Under the pieces are notes generated by a model that did not search any database, was not told where the DNA came from, and saw only the letters and a list, made by a program, of their open reading frames with translations. The translations under genes and the position numbers were made by a program. A stretch of 64,000 nt of DNA. It comes from Amoebophrya sp. A120 (taxonomy: Eukaryota > Protista > Dinoflagellata). This document shows, in pieces, positions 12,301 to 21,430 of the stretch. The number at the start of each line of letters is the position of its first letter. Position 1 is the stretch's first letter. The stretch lies in contig CAJINV010000002.1 in NCBI GenBank assembly GCA_905178155.1, positions 5,761,709 to 5,825,708 on the forward strand, in the 5' to 3' direction.

Positions 12301-15300
12301 TTTGGGGCTGCTTCCCCTTAGGTCTAGTATCACCTGACCCAAGGCACTGATCCGCTAAACGCACACCGTACGCCTCGCCCGCTCGGGGATAGCGTATCTC
12401 TAGACAGTGTCCTTGCTGCGGGGTGCTCGGCGATTCGCGCCGTACATAGTTTTGCGGTGCGTGAGTTTTAGACTTTGCATCGACTCTTGGTGGCTGCTTC
12501 CCACCGCGTGAGAGTATAAAGATGTAAAACATGAGCTGTTGGCCATTGGGTCGCCGCAGCGTAGTGCTTGCGCGCACCATCAGAAGTGCGTTAGCACGCC
12601 TTGCTTTTCTTGCGCACACCATCAGAAGTGTGTTGAATCGCGAGCGTATGATGATGATGATTCCTTTATTGGTTTTAGTAGGGCGTGATGCCAACGGGGA
12701 CGGACAGCCCTTAGAACTCCGATTTCATGCATAAAATGCAAGGCATAAAGTTCCTTTTCTTGCGCAGATGGCAAGCGAGGCAGATTGTGAGCCTATTTAG
12801 GGTTTGGGATAGAGCAGCTAAAGAAGCACGACAAAAGCAGTCTTCTGTGCCCAAACAGCATGACAAATTGGATTCCGGTGCTCCGAAGATTTGTCATGCG
12901 CCGCTTGGAAATTGGTCTTCCAACTGGTATCCATTTTATGCATGACAAATCATTTCAACTTTGACGATTTCAATCCTGACGCTTCCATAAAGGAACGCGA
13001 ACGCCTGGATCCGGACGACGAGGGTGTTTTCCGCAAGCTGAAGCTGATCGGTCTGTACAAACGGGGACTCATCACCCGGAAACGGCTGGACTACTTGCTG
13101 CTCAACTGCAAATTTGTTCCTCCAGACGAGCGGGATAGATTGTTCCCCGATCGTCCCGATCTATTTGCGTCGAAAGAGGATCAGAACACGACCACAGCCG
13201 AGCCACCACTGGTGCGGGAGCCACGGGCGGAGAGAAGTTCTTCTTCAAACACAGGAGACGGAAAGCTCACGACTAGATCCGACAAAACAACGACCGAAGA
13301 GTTGTCCTGTTTCGGCGGCATCTGGATGTGGTTCATTCTGTCTGGCTTGATTATCGCGGGCACGTTGCTGCTAGCCTGCGTGTGCTGCCGGTTGGGGCCT
13401 TGGAAGTCGGGCGAGGCGGAGATCGACCTGCTTCTGCTGAATTTGCACGAAGGAGGTAAAAAGCCTCCTCCGGGCGGCACAACCACGGGAACGAAAGGTC
13501 AGGACGACCTGGAGCGCGGCCCGTCCCCGTCGAACCAAGCGGAGCTGCGAGCTGAGGGCTTGGAGAACTTCGGGCCTGCTTTCGGGGGCGCAGAGATCCC
13601 GGACATTCAGCTGTCGGCAAAGAAGAAAAAAGCGAAGGCAAAAGCCAAGAGAAAGAAGAAGGGGGTCGGATTTGCGGATGTGGGAGACGGGGATGACGAG
13701 GAGGACAACGAGGACGGCGCGGGAGACAATTCCGACGATCAGAATCAGTTTCTCGGGGTGGAAACCGCGATCCGGGATGACTCGCGGGACACTGCGCAGG
13801 CGGACGGGAAGGTGGGGGTGCTGGAAAACTTCCAGTATGGCGGCGAGGTGGTGAAAAAGCCGAAAAGAGCCAAGGACTTGGCGGCAGAAAACCTGCTGGG
13901 CCAGTTTGAAACGGCCACTGCGGCGGACGGTACGGTGGGAAAGCTGGAGGGGTTTGAGAAGGGTGGCGAAGTGCGAAAGAAACCGAAATTGCCGAGCTTG
14001 GGCGTCGAGAACGTGACCTCTTTGCACGCGAACCGATATGAAATTCTTGAGGTTGCAAAAATAGAAAATCCTTTTTTGGTCTCCGCGGTTTTGGAGAGGA
14101 ATGTTGCGACCACGTATGGAGTTGTAATTTGGGAGCGTTGTTTCTATTTGAACAGTTTGACTTTAAGTTTCATGCTGTAGTTAGGCATTTACCGGAGCCT
14201 CCGAATGGAGCCTTTTAACAGGTCCAATGGATTTAGAAATTTTGAATTTGCAACCTGCATAATGGAAGCGAGGAGGGCAAAATCGAAAACGTTGGGGTCC
14301 TAATCGGGTTCGAGAAGGGTGGTGAGGTCCGGAAGAAACCGAAAGCGCCGGACCTCGGCGTGGAAGACGCGGGCCCAACCGAGGTTCTATTGGACGGCAA
14401 AACCGAGAACGTGGGGGTCCTGATTGGCTTCGAGAAAGCAGGAGTTGCGAAAGTGAAAAAGAAGAAAGATGACAATAAACATCCGTCGCAGTATGATAAA
14501 GCGACGGACAGTCACTCCGATCCACACCGCGATGACCACAACTTGGATCCGACGTTGGACCAATTTTCCGCGGCGAAAGATGACGGCACGTCGCTAGGAG
14601 TAACAGTCGAGTACGTCAAGGAAAAGCATGATGCTTTCTTCAATCGGAACCCGCGACACTTCCTATTACAGTGAAAAGTGCCCCCCACCCCTGACATTGC
14701 AAAAGTTTGTGATGCGAAGTTTCCAAATGAAAACTTTTTGTCATGCATGAAAGGAGCATGAATCTTTCTGATGCAGAGCCTCGGCGTGTATCGCATCGCT
14801 TGCATGACAAGCGCCGCCCTTGCTGGGATCTTTTGCAATACAAATCTTTGCTATTCACGATTGGAAATCTGTGATGCTGATAGATGCAAGAGAGCGAGTG
14901 CTTCTTTTGGAAAGAGTTGCAATGCAAATGCTTTCAAGTTGAGGGGTGGGGGCATTTTTCATTGTAATACTTCCGGGCCGGCGAGGGCGTGGCGACCAGT
15001 CCAGCTCCGGTCGCCGGATATCATGTGGAAAAGTATCGTACTCGTCATACTGTTACTGATTGAGATTGGCATCATGCATGACTACCTTATTCAGCATAAT
15101 GAATTTTTGCAGTCGATTTACAAACATACACTAGTACGATGATTGTGCCATGCATACCGGAATGGGGCCAGTGATTCCCCTATCAAATGAGAATGTGTGT
15201 GGGTATGGAAGAGTGCAAGACTTGTCATGCAGGGCCTAGTACGACAGATTTGATTGACTCTGCGAGGTTTTCTGATGCCCATCCTGTATGCGAAACTTCT

Positions 15301-16284
15301 TCGCAACTTTATCAAAAATGAGCAACTTTTGGTTCTGGGGTCACGCAAGACAGATCTTTGTGTGGCCCACGGCAGGCTGCGTCACAAGTTTGCAATGTTC
15401 CAGACCCCGACTGACATATTTCCATTGCATATCCCTTTATGTCGAACTTAGAGGAGATGGAGCAGCAGAGGAAAATCAACAACGAAAAGCCGCTGGAGGG
15501 AGAGGCTTTGGCGGAGAAGAAGAAAACCCAGCAGCTCAGCACTGCTTTGAAAAAAATCGGCTTCACCGACGCCTATTCGGAGTTCGCAGCGAGACAAATC
15601 GTCGCCGGTAACAAGCGCACGGCCGGCGGAGATGTAGTTGAGGGGGAATACTACAGCCAATCTGGCGCAGCCGTGCTGACCTCTGATGCAACGACCGGCC
15701 AAGTGCCCGTCGCGGAGCCGGGGAAGGTCACGGGGTTCCACCCGATTCCGGAGCCGAAGGACGGGTTCGCGCACATCCTGGCGCAGCACGAGGATTTGGC
15801 GCAGATGGCGTTGGGCGACCAAATGCTGGCGAGAGAGCTCGGAATGGAGATCGAGGTGTCCGAGTGGAATGGGTTGGCGAAGGTCGGGCCGGAGCATTTG
15901 GCGATTTTGGAAAAGATGGCAGAAAAAAAGATTACGGAGCTGAATCTAGACAAGGGGGAGGAAAATGATCCTGATGCGAAAGCAAAAAAGCCCTCCGCTT
16001 CCACTTCCACGCCGCGCGGCAGAGCAGCAGCGGGGGAGAAAAAAAAGAAGAAAAGCGCCAGAAATGCGACACCGACGAGAAATGCGACACCGACGAGAAA
16101 CAAAACGCCGTCGCACGGCAGTGCGGATACAGTAACGACTTCGGGTCGGGGCACCCGGACAACCGAGCAAATCGCAGTATCTAGCAAGCGAGAAAACAAC
16201 CGTGCGGAGACCCCGGTTGGGGGCGGAGGGGGGAAGAAGAGTAAGAAAAGTAATCGCTCGATAAATGGTACAGCCGCAGAGTAA
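6386..16284 (+). CDS. Large single-pass membrane protein with a PAN/apple-like domain, Pro/Thr/Glu-rich stalk, TM helix and repetitive cytoplasmic tail; split by 7 introners
   Basis: After removing elements the ORFs 6440, 6988, 7397, 12891, 14360 and 15439 join in frame. The spliced sequence CDYSAGIGQDYPGNDLNLGRV..TFSQCLALC..CWGVTF resembles PAN/apple. TM GIWMWFILSGLIIAGTLLLACVCC. Repeats of GVL.GFEKGGEV.KKPK. Start not resolved. Confidence 0.7.
6673..6993. mobile_element. Family A introner (321 bp), TSD GGTGG
   Basis: TAT..ATA TIRs; GGTGG on both sides; removing 326 nt joins FLEG-GGKSATS in frame. The only clear case that can also be read as GT-AG. Confidence 0.95.
7291..7601. mobile_element. 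Family A introner (311 bp, opposite orientation), TSD ACCTC
   Basis: TIR TATCAAATGGAAAAATCCCCCCACCCCATATC; ACCTC on both sides; removing 316 nt gives GNDLNL-GRVLIL. Confidence 0.95.
10410..10508. repeat. Short tandem repeat, about 2.5 copies of GGGATAATTACGAAAAAAATTTCCTCTTTGCATCG
   Basis: Copies start at about 10410, 10454 and 10493. Confidence 0.85.
11063..11507. repeat. About 445-bp direct repeat, copy 1, ending in (ATG)n
   Basis: TTTATTGGTTTACGTAACCGGGGGCGG...GATGATGATTCCT; closely similar copy at 12220-12665 and a partial copy at about 10508-10710. Confidence 0.9.
12220..12665. repeat. About 445-bp direct repeat, copy 2
   Basis: Matches 11063-11507 and is followed immediately by TTATTGGTTT, the start of the unit again. 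Confidence 0.9.
14037..14261. mobile_element. Decayed introner (225 bp), TSD ACCGA/ATGGA
   Basis: TAT..ATA ends; residual IR AGGTTGCAAA/TTTGCAACCT; removing 230 nt restores the frame into the GKIENVGVLIGFEK repeat. Confidence 0.6.
14664..14969. mobile_element. Family C introner (306 bp), TSD CTTCC
   Basis: TIRs TATTACAGTGAAAAGTGCCCCCCACCCCT and GAGGGGTGGGGGCATTTTTCATTGTAATA; homologous to 32288-32591. Confidence 0.93.
15019..15156. mobile_element. Short divergent introner (138 bp), TSD CCGGA
   Basis: TATCATGTGG..ATCGTACT and AGTACGAT..CCATGCATA; exact TSD; removal gives PVAG-MGPVIP in frame. Confidence 0.8.
15181..15431. mobile_element. Family D introner (251 bp), TSD TCCCC/TCCCT
   Basis: Degenerate ATGTCTGGGTCTGGAA-type TIRs; removing 256 nt joins to the ATG at 15439 in frame. 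Confidence 0.85.
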
Positions 16285-17442
16285 GTAGGTTGGCAACACG
16301 ATGTAGATGGGGAGGAGAGGAGCGATTTGTGGTTCTATTTCGTGAAGATGTCAGAGAAAAAGAGTGCGGAACAAAGGATTTTTTGATATACAGTACTATG
16401 AATACAAGTACATTACGAGATGCATTTCAGGATTCTAAATTACTAGATTTTTCATGGCTATTGGCACAATAGGTGCATGGTCTGTTTACCTTGAAATCAC
16501 AATTACTACCAGCTGAACGTTAGAGTTTCACAGACATTTGCACACAAAAACGATAACGGTGTTGATACTAGAAAAAACTGTCACACGATGTTTTACTTTT
16601 CTTGCGGGATCTTTTTGAACACGTCTTGCTTTTGATTTCAACACTTATCTATCACGAGCCTTTCAATGTATGATCACGAGTAGTTGAATTGATTTGTTTA
16701 TGGTTGGATTTTTTTCTTGTACAAAAAGTTTTACTGACAGAATGTTTCATGCAAAGTCAATGGTTTGTCTCGGCCGCTTCTAAAACTGTACCTAGTAGGT
16801 GATGAAAATGGTGAAGACAAAAACCGCAGTTGCACGGGAATGGCGTGGACTACAGCTCCGACGCCACAGTTTCCTTATTGCGGTTATGTTTTTCCACGAC
16901 GATTTCGATTTTGCAGGTTGATAAATAGATTCGGCACGCTGTCCGCGACCTCGTATGTGCAGTAGTTCGTGGGGTTTCCAGTTTTGCTGTCTGTTGAAAA
17001 AGAAAGAAGTTCTAACGCTAAACGCAAACAAACCATTTTATGACCGATCCTGGAGCTGCGAGTGCGTGGCTTCAGTTTCGAGTCCGAGTTTTTGGGCAGA
17101 TAGACGCCCAAAACTCGATCCTTCCAACGCACTGTATCATATCTGCGAAAAAAGTCGAACAACGAAGATTAGAAATATGACTGCGTTTCGTTTCGGGTCG
17201 GCATCGTGGTTTGTATGCTATCCAGCGTAGAAGTTCGTGATCGTCACAGAATTCGTTTTTCAATGAATCGAACAAGAGCAGCACTTGCAATTATTTATTG
17301 CTTTCTCTCTGCTAGTGCTTCTTTCAAAAATTAGTCAGTAACAGAGGCCGCACTCGCTACAAGACGCTGTTGTGGTTTTTTTTGACAATGACGCGCTTTT
17401 CGACTTTCCAACTGCCTAAAAAATTCTCGCAGCGTTGAAAAT

Positions 17443-20400
17443 ATGATGAAGACTTCCACTGCTTCCAGGACTTTTGCGCTTGCCAGATCCTGCAGGGCGG
17501 TAACATCTTCACACCGCGGCGCTGCTCCGCTAATACTACGTTTTCCGTCACTGATCGCGTGGCAGTTCATCTTGTTCTTTTGCGCAATCGATTATACGTG
17601 GATTTTTTTTGAAGAACCAGGACGACACGCAGCGGTTGAAAGTTTTTCTCCACCGTTAGAAGAACAAAGAAGCAACAGCAATAAACTTTTTGCCGTTGCA
17701 GAGAAGCAAGGACATCAACAGCAGCAACAGTCCTCTGCAGCTTTGCAGGACGAAGAAGAGGCGGCTGGTGAAATAAACACGGTGAACAAGAAGAACAGTG
17801 CCGCACAATTTTTGGAACCAGGAGCAGAGGATGGAGAAGGACAGCTGGCGCAGAATTTTGGTCGTGTGTTGGGGCAAAAACAAAAATCTGGGCCACCGCT
17901 TCCTAAAACAAATCAGAAGACGCAAGGAGAAAAATTCCAATGGTTCGAGAACAAGAACGACGTTGTCTCTAGTACTACAAATTCCAAAAGCCTTTACCCG
18001 GTCCAGTATGACCAAACGCCAGAACATCAAGCTTCCGCTGGGGCGACACGTGTGGCGAAAAATAGCCGAGGCGGTGCCTCCTCCGCAAGTACTTCTAAAG
18101 CGCACAGCGGTGTTGTTCACAGCGCCCCGACGAGCGACGCAACCACCAGCAGCAGTAGAGCAAGACCTACTGCACCCATTCACCTCCCCACTCCGCACCC
18201 ACAGTTGCAGCAAGGGAAGAATTTAGTAAATGCTGACGTAGTGGCCGCACCCCCGCAACTCGCAGGTGGAAACGACCTCACTAGACCAGGATTAGGAGCC
18301 GCGGAACTACTTCCTGCTTCTACAGAAGGTCGCACAACATCAAGTAGCAGTGCCTCAGATCATCATGTTTTGCGGGTAGTTCCAAACGACTTTACTGGCG
18401 GCCGCCATTCTGCAGCTTTTGCTGGAGCGCCACAAGGTAGTGGTCCGCCGGGCAACTCTGCGGGTCCTGGAGGCCCCTTCTCGGAAGATGTTGCGGGAGG
18501 TGGTGGTGGTAGTCCTCCGGGTTCGTTTTCACCGGATCAATTGCACGATCGTCCCAGCATCGTGCTGTCAGACGATAGCGGCGCAAAGAAGGACTTCTAC
18601 ACGTCGGCGGGAAAAAATAAGTTGCAGAGTGACCACGCCTAGAGATTGTAAAAGTGTCTGGGTCTGGAAGGTTGGAACTTGTAATGCTAGCTTTCCATAC
18701 CGAGAAAATCTGTATTGCATAACCAACAAAAGTCGCAGCCTCTTTTGTGATGCAAAAACGCAGCTTCTCATGCGGATTGCCTATGCGAGAGCGTTTTGGA
18801 AAGTTGTAATGCCGGACTGCATTCGGAAGTGTTTTCATCATGCACATTTTAGCATCACAAACTTCCATACCCATACATTTTTACATTCGATAATGCCCGC
18901 GGCTCGTCACCGGGCGGAACTGACCACCCCGCTCCACCAATCACTGGGGGAGCAGGGGGGCCAGAAATGCTTGTTCACGACAATCTTCTTCACCCTGCGC
19001 GGGCGTCTTTATCTCATCAAGTGCCGCACAACGTGCTGTTTAAAAAACACCCGCAGACCAGCAACGAACACATCAGAGAAGCAAGGGAGGGACACGAAAT
19101 ACCCCCGCCGCAGCAGGCTAAAAACGAGACCGGTAAGAATGAAACAGGGAGCAACAACAACAATTCCGGAAGAAGCGGGGAATTGGGTTGCTGCAACGGG
19201 GCGTGGATGTGGTGTTTGCTTTTCTTGGTCCTCAAGGCCGCCTGCATTCTGTTTGTCTGCGTGTGCTGCAGCCTCGGGCCATGGAGCACCGAGGACATGG
19301 ATACGCACCCGTTGTTCGCAGCAAGCAAGCCAAACGTGCTATCAAAATCAAAAATCCCCCCACCCCACATCAAAACGAAGTCTGTGATGCTGGATTTGCG
19401 TACACAAATCAGATTTGTCTTGCTGGAGAGGACTGCAGGCCCATACCAAGCCTGAGTAGGTAGGTTTTGGACTAGGCTCTTCGCATGAGAAACGGCTGCG
19501 CTGTAGGCCCAACAGCATCACAAACCGCCTGCATAATGCGGCGGAGCCTGTGGAGTTGCCTTCTTGCAAGACAGAGATGATTTGTGGTCGCAAATCAGCA
19601 TTGCAAATTTTCTGCGACGTACCTTCTCGATATGGGGAGGGGGGATTTTTCCTCACAATACGTGAACACCAGCTTGGACATGCGGTCCGCGCCCGGGGCC
19701 CTGAACTACCGAAAGAGCGATCGGGATCGAGACACCGCGCAACCGGGGGTCGGGGAGTTGCAGAGCGCGGGACCCATGAGCTCCATGCTGGAGGGAGTCC
19801 GGGCGAAAATGAAAGATGACAATTTGAACAAATCACTTCAGCAACAACATCCACCACAGGAAGAGCCCATTGGCCACGCAAAGGACAAACGAACATTGAA
19901 TGTGAAGTTTGCAACCTCACCAGGGGATGATAGTGTTGAAAACAGCAGAAGAACGGGTCGTCGCGCAGGGAAAAGCAAGGATAAAAATGACGACAGCAGC
20001 TCCGAAGCGAACTCCATGTCAGACGGCGCGAGTATCACCCCACCTCCTTCGCCGCAAATCAAGGCTGCCGCGTTGAATAAAGCAAGCGGAACTACAGTGC
20101 TGTCGGGTACAACAGTAACTACTTCTACCAAAGTCGAGGAACAACAAGAAAAAAAGGTGAAGAAGGCAAAAACCAAGGAAGAAAAAGGAGATCAACTACT
20201 CGCGACTGGCAGCAGCAAGGAACGAACGCCAAAAGACGAGAAGGAAAGAAAAGAATTGAAACTGCAAAAGACGCTGAAGACGCAGGAATTCTTGGATAAT
20301 ATTAGCGGGGGAACAACGACGAGGACCGGAAATGCGGATGACAGGAAAAAAGTTGATGCAGCGGCAGCTGCGCAGGCTATCCACAGTAAATTTCCCGCAA

Positions 20401-20753
20401 AAGAAGTACAAATGCGGTGTCTGCATGGCAAACGGCAATAAACCTTCATTCCGCTCATGAGTTGGCGAAATTCAAATTTGTGATTGCATTTTGTAGAAAA
20501 AACAAGATTTGCGGGAAATTATTTGCATTGCATAGTGGTAAAAAACAAGATTCCGGCAGAGAACAACACCAAACTGGAGCGAAAGCAACCCGACGAGGCA
20601 CCATTCGATAGCGACGCGGAGGACGCTGAGGTCGAGCTGATTGACGTAACGGGTAGAAAATCTGAGACGGATTTAAGCAACGAAGTGTTTGGGAATTTCA
20701 AAGAGCAGCAAGGAAAAAAAACCGTCGCGACGGACGACTCGGAGGAGGTGTGA
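17443..20753 (+). CDS. Single-pass membrane protein, low complexity; 3 introners
   Basis: ORFs 17443, 18967, 19584 and 20484 join in frame after element removal. N-terminal hydrophobic segment; TM GAWMWCLLFLVLKAACILFVCVCCSLGPW. Confidence 0.7.
18640..18892. mobile_element. Family D introner (253 bp), TSD ACGCC/ATGCC
   Basis: Left end TAG (variant) ..GTCTGGGTCTGGAAG; right end ..CATTTTTACATTCGATA; removing 258 nt gives SDHA-RGSS in frame. Confidence 0.88.
19340..19660. mobile_element. Family A introner (321 bp, opposite orientation), TSD CGTGC/CGTGA
   Basis: Body is the reverse complement of 3502-3823; removing 326 nt restores the frame. Confidence 0.93.
20378..20534. mobile_element. Decayed introner (157 bp)
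   Basis: TAT..ATA ends; IR AATTTCCCGCAAA/TTTGCGGGAAATT; TSD decayed (CAGGC/GTGGT); removing 162 nt gives AQA-KNKIP in frame. Confidence 0.6.
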
Positions 20754-21430
20754 TGAAGGACCAAGTGAAAGTCTAGTTTAAGTTTTAGTTTACTTAGAGT
20801 GAGCACCTATCTTTTAGAAAGGTGCAGCTTCGTGCTTTATCGTTCATGTTTTGATCATGAATGCTGTATTTTTACCAGTAGACGAGATGTTGATTGTACA
20901 GAACCGATTGTACTACCAAACCGAATTCTCCTCCTCCTGGTGACGATAGATACTGCAAAACAAGCTACTTGCTCCTATCCAGCTTGTTTTCTAAGAACTG
21001 CAAAGACACCGAAGCCCCGCGACCTCCCGAGAGCGCGAATAAATGTCGAAGTTTTTTTGGCGCCTCAGCAAGCCGCGAGGCTGCGCATTCTAGTGTGCCC
21101 GCATTGACATTCTCGTTTAGTACATGTTTGATGTAGAGAGGTCCTCTCGAAAGAGCTCTTCGCTTGTACAACGGAGATCTAGAGCCGTCGAGAGTTGGTG
21201 TGGTGCGCGTAGTTGTCGGCATTAGAGAAAATCGATGATCGATAATTTTCATCTCGGAAGCATTCCCGAAAGGGCAATACTGCTGCCTCTCAACGTTCGA
21301 AAAAACAAAAATAGTCGTCGTACATGAATTCAGCCTGAATCACTTCCAAATATTGGCAATTCTATTGCGTTTGCAAAGTTGCTGACAAATCGTAGCGACG
21401 AGAAATCGGTAAAAAAAGCAGAAACGAAAA

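Larger units (their letters stand above)
10022..12722. mobile_element. Nested 2.7 kb insertion, putative non-autonomous or decayed retroelement
   Basis: Flanked by TGTCATGCATAAAATG (10006-10021) and TTTCATGCATAAAATG (12723-12738). Removal leaves a 309-bp family B element. Contains long direct repeats and no intact ORF. Confidence 0.8.
9964..12989. mobile_element. Family B introner (309 bp core) carrying a 2.7 kb nested insertion, TSD AAGGA
   Basis: About 58-bp TIR TATGGA..GTCAGGATTGAAATCGTCAAAGTTGAAAT.ATTTGTCATGCATAAAATGG; AAGGA on both sides; removing 3031 nt gives ILTDK-ERERLDPDD in frame. Confidence 0.93.

Noticed and set aside
10365-12630. Hammerhead-ribozyme-like CTGATGG-TGCATGCA-GAAA on the minus strand of the insert repeats
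   Set aside because: The core should be CUGANGA, and I found no stem III/UH site or complementary stem I; the flanks are direct repeats.
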